From IMG/VR virus record IMGVR_UViG_3300023174_000122, positions 1 to 64,000 of that record: 64,000 bases of DNA; one strand, given 5' to 3'. The translations under genes and the position numbers were made by a program. Shown one piece after another: positions 19,213 through 30,700 of this stretch (positions are counted from its first letter, which is position 1; every line of letters starts with the position of its first letter). Under the pieces are notes generated by a model. It searched no databases and was not told where the DNA came from. It saw only the letters and a list, made by a program, of their open reading frames with translations. The stretch comes from a virus.

Positions 19213-22200
19213 ATGAGTGATATTATCATTTCGGTTGATGGAGATACAAGGCCATTAGAGTCTAAATTAGGCAAAATATCTTCTAAAACGATTAATTTAA
19301 ATCTAAAGGATAGCTTATCTCAGCCTTTAGGTAGAATCACTGGCAAAGTATCAGAATTTGATAAGTCTTTAGAAGCTTCTAATGCCCGCGTTTTAGCATT
19401 CGGAGCATCAGCAGGAGCAGTTTATGCGGTACAAAAAGCATTCTCAGAAGTCGTTAAGTCAACTATAGAAGTAGAAAAAAGCCTAGCAGATATAAATGTA
19501 GTTTTAAATGCTTCATCAAAAGACCTTGAAAGATTTAGTAATAGTTTATTTAATGTAGCCAAAAATACAGGTCAAAGTTTTGATGCTGTCGCTAAAGCTG
19601 CTACAGAATTTGCTCGTCAAGGATTAGGAATTCAAGAAACATTAAAGAGAACAAGTGATGCTTTAATTCTAAGTAGACTTTCTGGATTAGACGCAGCAAA
19701 AAGCGTAGAGACTTTAACAGCAGCAGTAAATACATTTAGTCGCGCTGGACTCACTTCAACACAAGTTATCAATAAATTAGCAAATGTAGACGCTAGTTTT
19801 GCTGTTAGTACTGGTGATTTAGCAGAAGCTATTAGTAGAGTAGGTAGCACAGCTCAAGATGTTGGCGTAGACATTGATCAATTAATTGCGTTAGTAACAT
19901 CTGCTCAACAAACCACAGCAAGAGGTGGTGCTGTTATTGGTAATTCATTTAAGACTATTTTTACAAGAATTCAAAGATCAGATACTCTTGATGCATTAGA
20001 AGGAGTTGGAGTAGCGGTTAGAGATTTACAAGGAAATACTTTACCAGCAATTCAAGTATTACAAAATTTATCTAAAGTATTCTATACTTTGAGTGATTCT
20101 CAAAGAGCTTCGATTGCAGAAACTGTTGGTGGCGTTTTCCAAATCAATATTTTAAGAGCTGCATTATCAGATTTAGGCAAAGAATATAATACTTATAATA
20201 GTGCTTTAGGAGTTTCAAGAAGTGCTACTGATCAAGCTATCAAAAGAAATGAAGCTTTAAATCAAACTCTTTCTGCTTTAACAAATAAAACTTTCGTTGG
20301 TTTAAAAGAAGCTGCTGCAAAAATAGGCGAAATCACTATAGCTCCTACTTTAAAAATGGGGATGGGAGGATTAAATTCAATATTAGATGAATTCAATAAA
20401 CCTCAAGAAACTCAAGGAGTTGGAACAAAAATTGCTACAGGAGTATTAACTGGAATTGGAAATTATTTTAGTGGACCAGGTCTTGCGTTAGTTGGTATGG
20501 CATTTATTAAAATATTTGGAGGACTAACTAAATTTAGTGCAGAAGCTCTTAAAAGTTTATTAGGCATAGCTAGTTCAGCAGATAAAATAGCAGCAGCTCA
20601 AGAAAGAGTAAATGCAATTTTAGCTCAAAATCCAAGTTTAATACAAGCGATTATTTCTAAAGAAAGTTCCCTTCTACAAGTAGAGGGAGAAATCCTAAAA
20701 ATTATACAAGCTCAAAATGCAGCAAGAGCAGTTGGAGCAAATGTTTCGTCGAGAATATCTCCAGCAGTAGCAGCTTTGCCAATGCCAAAAGTAAAAGTAA
20801 AATCTCATGGACATATTCCAAATTTTGCTGCGGCAGCAATGCAAGAAATGATGGGCGCATATGCTGGAGGATACGAACCAGGAGATGTTAAAAAAACTAA
20901 TGGGATGTATTATAATACTGCAGAATCATTAGTGCAATTTCCTGGAGCAAATGGTCCAGCTATAGTTCCTCCACAAAATAGTGATGCTGGAAAAAATTAT
21001 AGAAAAGAATTTCAACGTTCTGCTGGATTTGATCCTTATGCATCAAATGGATTTATTCCTAATTTTGCAGATAAACCAATTATAGTAGATCCAAACATAA
21101 ATACTAAAGTTGGTATGATATACCCTAAGAAAGAAGATAAACCAGGCATAGGTACTGGAATAGCAGAATATGGGAAAGGCGAATCAAAACAAAAAGTTAA
21201 AATATCATTTCCTAAATCTGGTTATAATGTTAAACAGGGAGTAAAGCCTAAAGATGTAGATTTAGAAAAACAACTTGGTGATAAAATAGTAGAATTTACT
21301 AATAGTTTTTCATCAAGAATATTCCAAGGTAGCGGACAACAACCAAAAATATCTAATATAAATCAATTATCCAATGCTGGATCATTTAAAAGTATTACTG
21401 GGGCAGTTTTTGAATCAGCAGTAGGGCTTGCTACAGGCTCTTTAAACGAAGGCCGAGCTCAAAATGCACCAATAGATTTTGCTTCGCCAACCACAGAACT
21501 TAAAAAATTATTTAATGGACTCCAGGCTTCTCAATATGAAGCAAAAGTTAACTCTAATCCAGATCAAGTTAATAGTGTTGCTCAAAAGATATTAAATCTA
21601 GGATTAGTTTCTGGAGGTCTAAAAGGGAAAATAGCTAAACAATTAGGTCCAGATTATAAAAAAGAAACTAATCAAAAGGTGCTTGGTTTAGAAAGAAACG
21701 AGTTGGAAAGGATAAGAGATTCAGGAGGCAAATTAACTCCAGAGCAATCAAATAGATTAACTAGATTAAATAGTTTGAAAAAAAATAAAGCTGCTGCTGG
21801 CTTTATACCTAATTTCTCTGCTCTTCAAGAAGCTATGCAAAGAGAACAAGCCGCTGGAATAAATCCAAGTCAAATTAGGGTTGGATCAGATTCATCTTTA
21901 GCTGGAAAAGATAATCCATATGGACTTGGAATTTATAATACAAAAGACGAACCAGCAGGATTAAAGCAAGGAATAAATAGATCAAAAGGACATATACCAA
22001 ATTTTGCTATGCCAGTTGCAACGCCTGGAGCAGGAAGCATACCAGTTCCAGAAATGAAAGAACTTGGAAAAAGCGCGAAAGATGCATCAACTGCTCAAGA
22101 AAAACATACCGCTAAAATGCAACTTGCTCAAGGAAAACTACTCGCTTTTGGAATGGGTATGTCAGTTCTTCAAGGCACAATGATGCAATTTGGAGATCAA

Positions 22201-24540
22201 ACTAGCAAATTATCTCAAGTGATGAATTCAGCTACTAGCGTAATTAGCACAGCTAGTACTGGTCTTGGTACATTTGGCACAGGTAAAGGAGGAATTGCTG
22301 CTACTGGAGGAATGTTAGCTATGCAAGGTGTAGCAGGACTATCTGCTTCAGCAGACAAACCACGCACAACCGAAATAGCAAAATTAAATGCCGATTTAGA
22401 TAAAATGAGAGAATCTGCTGGAAAATTAGATGGAGTAGTTAGTCAATTAACTCCAACTTTAAATGATTATGCAGCTGAAATGGAAAAGTCTTTACCAGAC
22501 CAATCTAAAGTAAAAGAATTTAAATCTGCTATATTAAATAGCATATCTACTTTAGGTCCAGAGATGCAACAATCTATAATGAAAAATATATCTTCTCCTA
22601 AAGAGGTTCAAGGAACTTTAGCTAAAGCCCAAGAAAAAAGTGGAGCAGCTCAAGCAGAAAATCAATTATCTACTCAACTAAGTCAAAAACAACTATCAAT
22701 AAGACAAAATATGGGAGCTCAAGGACAAATTGGCAGAATATTAACAGCTGTTCCTGGTATGTCAGGAATAGGAGAGAAGATGATGAATAGGCAAGGCCCA
22801 GACAACGCTTTTAGCCAGCAAGAACAGGAATCTATTTCGGGTGATTTATTATCTCCATTGACTAAAACTACTGAAGGTACGGTAGCTTTAGCAAATAGTT
22901 TAGCTGCTACAGCTGGAAATTCAAATGATTTTTTTAAAAAATTAGAAAATGTATCTGCTTCCCTTGGAGTAAATACAGAATCTTTTGGAAAATTAAATTC
23001 TATTCTTGCTAGTTCTCCACAATCCGCTGGGGCACTTGAAAAAACTATAGTAAAAGCTTTAGAAGCTTCAATTAAAAAAGCAAAAGAATTAGCCCAACTT
23101 TCTGGTGGAGGAGCTACTACTTCAAAAAATTATACTGGAATTAGTAAATTATTTGGTAACACAAAAGAAGAGCTTTTACATCCAGCTGGAAAAAGTAGTT
23201 ATGAAATGGAAACAGCTTCGGCTGGATATCTTTACAATCAAACTAAAGATAAACCTGGTTTAGAAAATCTACATGGTGAAGCTGCTGGTCAATTAATGGA
23301 TCAACTTAATAAAGGTGGAGTTAGTTTAGAGCAAATTGAAAAACTTGCGCCAAATTTATCAAAAGATTTTCAAAAAATGGCTAGCAATAGACTAGAAAGA
23401 CAAAAAAGTGTTATGGGAGATGCTCTTACCGCTGGTGGAGCAAATCCAGAAGAAGTAAAAAAATTATTAGAAAATTTTAAACCACCCGATGCTGCTGAGA
23501 CATTAACAAAAGAACTTTTTGGTGAATTACCAGCAGATATAACTAAAATGGGAACTTTTATAGTAGCTCAAACCGCAGAGCAAATCAAATCAAATTCTGC
23601 CGCTGTTGCTTTAACAGATGCTTTAACTAACCTTAGAAGTGCAATTGAAAAAAATCAAAATCCAACAGCTAATGCGGCAGGATTTGCGGAAAATGCTACA
23701 AACCCAGAGACACCTAAACCAGATATCTTAAATAGTGCATTGGCTGGTGGTGGTATAATAACAGCTATAACTACTGGTGTTGTATCAGCGGTTGGATCTT
23801 CTTTGGTTAGTAAAATGCTTGGCACAGCTGCAACTGCTGCTCCTGCGGTTGGGACTGCTTCGACTACTGCAGTTGGGGCTACTACGACTGGTGCAGTTAC
23901 AGGTGGGGTTGTTGGTGGTACTGAAGTTGCGGCTGGGGCTGCTGCTGGTGGTGCTGAAGTTGCAGCAGCTACTGGATTAACTACTGTTCTTGGCACAATA
24001 GCCGCTGGACTAGCAGCGTTTGCTGGTGGAGCAGCTGTTGGATATGGAGTAAGTCAAATATCTGCTGGAAAAGATGAGCAAGGCAACGATCAAAACGTGG
24101 CAGAGAAGTTGGGGGGTGCTATGTATAATGCCGCACCATCACTTTTTGGAGGTAATAGTGAACAAGATCAGCAAGCTTTAGACGATGATTATAATAAAAA
24201 ACTTGCTAAAGAAAACGAACGATCTAAAAAAATAAAACAACAAAAAGCACTAGAATCCGCTCCAAAAGTAGATCAACAAACTGAAGATCAAGCTAAATCA
24301 GCAGAAACAATTGCAAAAAAAGAAGCACCTCAGCAAAATCAAACAACTAATATAAATGTTGCCCCAAGTGTTAGTGTCTCACAAGTTGCCGCTACTGATA
24401 AAGCTGAACTTCAAAAAATGATAGAAGCAGAAGTTAAGAAATTTGGAGAGACTATTATTAAGATCGCAGATGATAGATCAAAAGCAAGATTAAGTGGCAC
24501 AGTCAATCCCCCACAAGCTATGCAAAGACAGATGGGATAA
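19213..24540 (+). CDS. tail tape measure protein (TP901-type core) with internal GxIPNF modules
   Basis: 1775 aa, Ala/Gly-rich helical; N-terminal EFARQG...LANVD...GAVIGNSFKTIFTRI TP901-like core; hydrophobic segments. Confidence 0.9.
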   Translation: MSDIIISVDGDTRPLESKLGKISSKTINLNLKDSLSQPLGRITGKVSEFDKSLEASNARVLAFGASAGAVYAVQKAFSEVVKSTIEVEKSLADINVVLNASSKDLERFSNSLFNVAKNTGQSFDAVAKAATEFARQGLGIQETLKRTSDALILSRLSGLDAAKSVETLTAAVNTFSRAGLTSTQVINKLANVDASFAVSTGDLAEAISRVGSTAQDVGVDIDQLIALVTSAQQTTARGGAVIGNSFKTIFTRIQRSDTLDALEGVGVAVRDLQGNTLPAIQVLQNLSKVFYTLSDSQRASIAETVGGVFQINILRAALSDLGKEYNTYNSALGVSRSATDQAIKRNEALNQTLSALTNKTFVGLKEAAAKIGEITIAPTLKMGMGGLNSILDEFNKPQETQGVGTKIATGVLTGIGNYFSGPGLALVGMAFIKIFGGLTKFSAEALKSLLGIASSADKIAAAQERVNAILAQNPSLIQAIISKESSLLQVEGEILKIIQAQNAARAVGANVSSRISPAVAALPMPKVKVKSHGHIPNFAAAAMQEMMGAYAGGYEPGDVKKTNGMYYNTAESLVQFPGANGPAIVPPQNSDAGKNYRKEFQRSAGFDPYASNGFIPNFADKPIIVDPNINTKVGMIYPKKEDKPGIGTGIAEYGKGESKQKVKISFPKSGYNVKQGVKPKDVDLEKQLGDKIVEFTNSFSSRIFQGSGQQPKISNINQLSNAGSFKSITGAVFESAVGLATGSLNEGRAQNAPIDFASPTTELKKLFNGLQASQYEAKVNSNPDQVNSVAQKILNLGLVSGGLKGKIAKQLGPDYKKETNQKVLGLERNELERIRDSGGKLTPEQSNRLTRLNSLKKNKAAAGFIPNFSALQEAMQREQAAGINPSQIRVGSDSSLAGKDNPYGLGIYNTKDEPAGLKQGINRSKGHIPNFAMPVATPGAGSIPVPEMKELGKSAKDASTAQEKHTAKMQLAQGKLLAFGMGMSVLQGTMMQFGDQTSKLSQVMNSATSVISTASTGLGTFGTGKGGIAATGGMLAMQGVAGLSASADKPRTTEIAKLNADLDKMRESAGKLDGVVSQLTPTLNDYAAEMEKSLPDQSKVKEFKSAILNSISTLGPEMQQSIMKNISSPKEVQGTLAKAQEKSGAAQAENQLSTQLSQKQLSIRQNMGAQGQIGRILTAVPGMSGIGEKMMNRQGPDNAFSQQEQESISGDLLSPLTKTTEGTVALANSLAATAGNSNDFFKKLENVSASLGVNTESFGKLNSILASSPQSAGALEKTIVKALEASIKKAKELAQLSGGGATTSKNYTGISKLFGNTKEELLHPAGKSSYEMETASAGYLYNQTKDKPGLENLHGEAAGQLMDQLNKGGVSLEQIEKLAPNLSKDFQKMASNRLERQKSVMGDALTAGGANPEEVKKLLENFKPPDAAETLTKELFGELPADITKMGTFIVAQTAEQIKSNSAAVALTDALTNLRSAIEKNQNPTANAAGFAENATNPETPKPDILNSALAGGGIITAITTGVVSAVGSSLVSKMLGTAATAAPAVGTASTTAVGATTTGAVTGGVVGGTEVAAGAAAGGAEVAAATGLTTVLGTIAAGLAAFAGGAAVGYGVSQISAGKDEQGNDQNVAEKLGGAMYNAAPSLFGGNSEQDQQALDDDYNKKLAKENERSKKIKQQKALESAPKVDQQTEDQAKSAETIAKKEAPQQNQTTNINVAPSVSVSQVAATDKAELQKMIEAEVKKFGETIIKIADDRSKARLSGTVNPPQAMQRQMG

Positions 24541-24546
24541 TTTAGT

Positions 24547-26226
24547 ATGGCATCTTTTAATATATCTTTAGATTATCCAGAAATTACAAGCGCCACAAAG
24601 AGCATAGAAAAAAATCAAGCAAATATATTATTAAAAACCGTACAAGATATCACTGTTAAGGGGAATTTACTAGCGATAAATAATCAGTCTGATTATGCCG
24701 CAATATGGGATCAAATTAATGCTATAAGTGATAACTCTAGCGCAAAAAATTGCACTCTTAATTTTGCAAATCTAGTTTCTTACTCTGGAGCTAAAATATT
24801 AAATATAAATTTTGATGAAACAAAAAATCAAGACGTTAAGAGCAAAAACTTTTCTATAACTTTCCAAATATATGAAGCAGTTACAAGTTCGATGTTAACA
24901 TCATACGGTGTGTCATTAACAGATTTAAAAGATTTAGCAGATGTTAAAATAACGCAATCCAAAGAAGACAATATGGAGGGAACTAATTTAATAACTTCTG
25001 TGAATTTATCTTTTAATGAAAATGCAAGTACCTTTTCAAAAGGTAGAGCCGAAGCAATTAGTAAAGTTATACTTGCCGCAACAAACGCATTAACTCTTAC
25101 TGCTTCTAGAACAACTTCTTCTAATATATATGATGAAAAAACTGCATCTTATACATTCATAGAAACAAAAAACAAATTCCGAGGAAGCTCAGGCGGATTT
25201 GCAATTTTAAGATCTAATAATTATAACATTCAAAATAATGGAGCAATTAATGTAACAGAAACTGAGCAAATAAAAATTGAAAAAAATACTTATACGATAG
25301 GTGAACTTTATAGTAAAGCCGATTCAGATGCTAATGCAGCTAGAGGTAGATGTATAGCTTTTATAAACTTGTATTATAATATATCATATGGAGCTGTTCC
25401 ATCTCAATATAGAAATGTATGGATTGAATCAAGTAGGCAAATAACAGTAGACGAGGCTCCAGGAACAGCTCAATATACAGTATCTATAACTAATGAACCA
25501 GAATACGCCAACAATGTTAGAGTAGAGATTGTAAATACTATAGAAGATCTTAAAAAAGAAGACTCAAAAAGAAAAATAACAAGGGGCACTATAACTGGCA
25601 TAGGAAGTCCTCCAAATAAAGAACTTGCTCCTGCAAGTAATAAAAAATTATCATATGCAAAAACTTATTTTGATACTAATTATAAACCTAAATTTGTACA
25701 GGCAAAAACTTATACAGATAGGACAAGTGAAGTAAGTGGAGCGAAATATAAAACTTATATTACAAATGGAGATGTTTCATATAATATAAGTGAAGGCTCT
25801 ATAAGCTTTAGCCTAACTTATGAAAGTAAACCAACTTTTACAGTGAAAACTGCGACCATGCTACATGGTTCGGCAGAAATATCAACTGAATCTGCAGTTA
25901 ATTTAGCAAATCAATTTATCGTAATTGGAGGACTTTCGCCAGGAGAAGAACTAATACAACAAGGCGCGCAAGCCAAACCAATAAATGAAAACTTAAAAGT
26001 GCAAGGTGTTTTCAAAAGTGCCAAGGATTTACAAACTTATATATCTACTTTTAAAGATTTAGTAAAAAATGTTTACGCAAACGGAATTATTAGATCAATC
26101 AATGTCTCAGCTAATTTAATTGAAAGATCTTTTCAAGCTAGCGCATCTTGGTTTAAATTTGGTGAATATAGAGAGAGATCATCATTTGAAGCTAAAGTAA
26201 CCGCAAAAAGTGAAGTGCAAATATAA
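24547..26226 (+). CDS. tail tip protein (distal tail/hub-like)
   Basis: Beta-rich; directly after tape measure. Confidence 0.45.
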   Translation: MASFNISLDYPEITSATKSIEKNQANILLKTVQDITVKGNLLAINNQSDYAAIWDQINAISDNSSAKNCTLNFANLVSYSGAKILNINFDETKNQDVKSKNFSITFQIYEAVTSSMLTSYGVSLTDLKDLADVKITQSKEDNMEGTNLITSVNLSFNENASTFSKGRAEAISKVILAATNALTLTASRTTSSNIYDEKTASYTFIETKNKFRGSSGGFAILRSNNYNIQNNGAINVTETEQIKIEKNTYTIGELYSKADSDANAARGRCIAFINLYYNISYGAVPSQYRNVWIESSRQITVDEAPGTAQYTVSITNEPEYANNVRVEIVNTIEDLKKEDSKRKITRGTITGIGSPPNKELAPASNKKLSYAKTYFDTNYKPKFVQAKTYTDRTSEVSGAKYKTYITNGDVSYNISEGSISFSLTYESKPTFTVKTATMLHGSAEISTESAVNLANQFIVIGGLSPGEELIQQGAQAKPINENLKVQGVFKSAKDLQTYISTFKDLVKNVYANGIIRSINVSANLIERSFQASASWFKFGEYRERSSFEAKVTAKSEVQI

Positions 26227-27752
26227 TGAGCAATATAAGTTTACCATATGGTTTTTTAGAAGGCTCAAGTTTAGCTGATAAAAAGATTACAGCTTTTGCT
26301 ACCAAAAGAATAGAGCCAATATTTAATGGCCCAATTCAATACGCAAATAAGGTAGTGTTTACAATAGAAGGAGAATATCTTCCTCAAGGAGTTGAAGGGA
26401 ATATACCTAATCAAGCAACAATTGGTATTAAAACATTTTTAGATAGTTTTTCTACATTAAATAATGGTAATTGTACGCTTTCAAGTATAAATTTGAATGA
26501 AGCTAATTGGATTGGTCATATTCCATATACTGTAGAATGCGAATGCTATAGTTTCATGGATGATAATTTAAATAAGACTATAAATGCTAAAAATGAAATA
26601 AGTGTTACCGAAAATATAGATGGAACAATTTCTATTAATAGAAGTATAGACGTAAGTGCAATATCAATTGCTGGTTCAAATGCTCTAACTAACGCAAAAA
26701 CTTTTGCTCAATTTCTTAGTGGACAAACATCAAGTTGGAATTTAAATTACTCTACAAGCTCTAAAAATGGAACTTTTGGTTCAACTGTATTAAATAGTTC
26801 TTCAGAAACAGCAGACGTTACTAATGGAAGTTACAGTATACAACAAAATTTTACAGCTAATCTCTCAAACACGCATATAAACAAAAAAGCTATAGTAAAA
26901 AACAATATAGAAAAACAATCCAGTATTGATGGATTGGCTACGTTAAATATAAAATCTAGCGTTATAGGAGGAATTAATTCATCTGAACTAGAATTAAAAA
27001 GTCTAGCAAAAACAAACGCTTTTTCTCCTCCTGCAGATTTTTATTTAATATCAAATACGACTAGTTATGATGATGTCCAAAAAACAATTGAAATTAATAC
27101 TGTTTATTCTAATGATTTAACTATAACTAAAAATGGAAATAAAGTCACAAATAGTTTAAGTTTTAATTATGATTTTTTTGCTCAAACTACAAGCGCTTCA
27201 TTTAATTCTGAATCTAAACCAGCTACAGTAATAAAATCTACTAACAATACAAAAGCAGATTTATCTAAAGACATTTCAAAACAAATAAAAGATTATGATC
27301 CTTTAGGACAAAATCTTATCTTAGAGGGCGCAAGCGATAGCGATAGTATTTTAACCCAATCATCAGCATATTCAGAAAATTATATATCATCTCCTGCTGT
27401 GCAAGGTGGTTCGCAAGGTATATCTATGCATGATCTTAGCTGTAATATTGATTATCAGGCTGGATTTCCACAGAATACTTTTGCACCAATTTTAAGTGGT
27501 AAAGGTGAATATTACCTTGAAAATTTAGATTTTGTTAACAATTCAGTCTTGACTGTTTCAGTGCAAGGAAAATATGTTACTACTCCACCTACCGTAAGCT
27601 TTTTTAAAGATTTTGTAACAAGCGGGGAAATAGTCAAATTAAGCAAAACTTTATTATTAAAAGACGAAATTTCAATTGACCATAAAAATAGAACTTTTAA
27701 TTATACAAAACAAACCGTTGGAAATGATTCAACCTTCAAGGATATAACATGA
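26226..27752 (+). CDS. tail tip protein, probable paralog of upstream gene
   Basis: Similar size; ENIDGTISINRSI vs IQNNGAINVTETE. Confidence 0.4.
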   Translation: MSNISLPYGFLEGSSLADKKITAFATKRIEPIFNGPIQYANKVVFTIEGEYLPQGVEGNIPNQATIGIKTFLDSFSTLNNGNCTLSSINLNEANWIGHIPYTVECECYSFMDDNLNKTINAKNEISVTENIDGTISINRSIDVSAISIAGSNALTNAKTFAQFLSGQTSSWNLNYSTSSKNGTFGSTVLNSSSETADVTNGSYSIQQNFTANLSNTHINKKAIVKNNIEKQSSIDGLATLNIKSSVIGGINSSELELKSLAKTNAFSPPADFYLISNTTSYDDVQKTIEINTVYSNDLTITKNGNKVTNSLSFNYDFFAQTTSASFNSESKPATVIKSTNNTKADLSKDISKQIKDYDPLGQNLILEGASDSDSILTQSSAYSENYISSPAVQGGSQGISMHDLSCNIDYQAGFPQNTFAPILSGKGEYYLENLDFVNNSVLTVSVQGKYVTTPPTVSFFKDFVTSGEIVKLSKTLLLKDEISIDHKNRTFNYTKQTVGNDSTFKDIT

Positions 27753-30700
27753 AAAATAGTACTAAATATTTTTTAAATAATCTTAGCGTCGGGACCGAGG
27801 ATTATATATTGCATTATATGTTTGATAGCGATAATTTTAGTGGAAATTATTACGTATATAATAATTCTACTTATGAAGATTATACTGGATATTATTCTGG
27901 ATCAAATTTAACCAATAATTTAAATAAACAAACTGGATATTTATATTTTACTGGCACAAGTAATTTAAAGATAAACCTTAAAGACTTTCAGAGCGATTCT
28001 TATACATTTTTGCTATCTTACGAAAGAACTAACAATAGTCCTTGTGTGTTATTTTCTAATTTAAATACTGGCGCTAATGGTCAATATTACGGTTTTAATG
28101 CTTGTGTTAATAGCTATAATAATCTTTTAATTGAATATTATGATTCTAATAAAGAATTAAAATATCTTTCTCCAAAATACAATCTAGACACAAAAGGGAT
28201 TATTAGCTTTAGGGGTTACGCTGATAATATTTTCTTGAGTTATTATAATGCTGCATATGATGATTTATTTACTGAAGCTTTTTCTATTGATAATAATATT
28301 TCGCCAAACGTAAGTGGTTTAATAGTCTTGGCTAGCGGAAAGTTTTCTAACTTACCAAATTATAGTGGCTACATCAAAGACTTTATCTTTATCGACAAAA
28401 ACATAAATGATTCTCAGTTAAATAAAATTATAGATCAATTCACTTATAATTTAAAAACATACTATACTTTTGAGAAAGGCGCAGAATCTTACAGCTATAG
28501 TAATTACCCAGAGGATGTTACTCATGTTTTTGATAGTTATGTTGATGTAACTGGTTGTTTTAATAATACATTTTTAGATAATACTGGAGTAATTTATGGC
28601 AGTATAACAGGAAGTAATTATAGTTTAGATCTTACTGGAATCACTGGATACAATTTAACTACTCCACAAAATTTATTATTATTAAAAAATAAAATTAAAA
28701 AATTTGAATATTTTGGGGATGGAACAGCTTTAGCTTTATTACAAGATAATACTATTACTGGATGGGGAAGTAATGATCAAGGATCTCTTTATGGAGTTAC
28801 TGGATACGCTGGACATTGGACTGGATCTCCAGTTGGAAAACTAACAAATATAACAGACATATCTTGCAAAAATAATTTTTGCTTTGCCTTAAAAGATGAT
28901 AATACGGTAACTGGGTGGGGAGATAATGGTTACGGAAAGATATATGGCACAATATTATATACCGATCCAATGAATAACATTTTTACTGGAAATTATAGTG
29001 ACACTCCACTTGGCCAATTAACAGATATTACTAGTGCTAAAGTTGGATATAATCATTCATTATTCTTAAAAAATGATGGAACATTAATTATTTGGGGAGA
29101 TAATAGTTTTAATCAAGTTGCATTTATTAATGATAGAGAGAATTTAAATTATCCTCTTAAAATACAAATTACTGGCATATATAATGATTGGAGCTATCTT
29201 TCTGGATTAACTTTAAACTATACTGGACAATATAACTCTAAACCAGCATATAAATATACCAATGATCTTGAAAATTTTGGTCTTTCCTTATATAACAATA
29301 CAACTGGCTGGATTTTAGATTATGGTAGTTTATCTGATGTTATTGAAATTACTGGTAATACAAGCTTGCCAACAAACAACAATTTAAATATTCCATATCA
29401 AATAGTAATTGAAAATAGTCAAGATACAGGAATTAATGGATTATATATTTATAGAAGTGTAGATTCAATTTATTGGAAAGATGGCACTAACTCTAATGTG
29501 ATCATTGGAAATGATGGAGGATATGGTAATAACGTATGGGGTATTGAATCTTACGGAGATATAGTTTATTTTAATAGTGGAATTGGTTCGCCAAGTTTAT
29601 TTCCTTTAACTGGTTGGAGTGGAAATAATGAATTTGATTACTATGGTGATATTACTATCAAACCAAAATATGTTCAATTGGATTATGTATATAATAGTGA
29701 TACTGAAGGAAGATTTACTGGAGTTTTTGAAGAGACTTTGATAGCTCAATTAACTGGAATATCAAAAATATCTGTTGGAGGATATCATAATGTAGCTTTA
29801 AAAGCAGATGGAACTGTAACTGGTTGGGGCGGAGAAGGTCTTGACGCAAATCCAAGAGGTGGAAATGGCTTAACTGGAGTATTAGATATTGCTGCTGGAA
29901 CTACTCATACAATAGCTATATTAAATACTAATAACTCAATAACAGGTTGGGGAGATGATATGCATGGTCAAGCTGGTGATCCACTTGGTTTAACTGGCGC
30001 AATTCAAATAGATGCTGGATTTAATTTTTCTACTATTCTTTTAGCAAATAAAAATTTAAATTATTATGGATTAGTAGGATTTGGTAATTTCTTAACAAAT
30101 GTTAAAAAATATAATAGTTCAGAATATGGAACGTATGCAGAATATATAACTGGTCAACAAGTTAAAAATTTAGTTTCTGGTAACGCTTATTTTAATTATA
30201 CCATAGAAGTTGAAAGACCGACTATAGTAACAGAAACAATAACAACAATAGTTAGTCAAATTTCTGGTTATGAAAATCAACTATTATTTTCTGGAGTAAC
30301 TGGATACAATACTGGTTGGTATAAAGATATCCCAGATTTTTGTGGAACAGGATTTCCGCTTTATCTTATTTCTGGTATTATCGGAACTATCACGGGAGAT
30401 GTATTAACTGGAATTGATATAACCACTTCATCTTCTATTTCTCAAAGAGTAGTTCTCTCAAATCAAACTTATCAAACTGGATTTTCTTCTGGTATTTACG
30501 ACTCTCTCAAAACTGGAAATTATATTTATGAATTTAATTATACCAATAATGGTAATGATGTTAACGGATTAGAAAATTTATACTTAGATTCTGGTTATTA
30601 TACTCAACAGTCTAAAAATATTTTAGACAGAGAAAATTGCTTGATAACAAATAAAAATACCACCCTAAATTATAATAAAAATTATACTTTAGAGAAGAAC

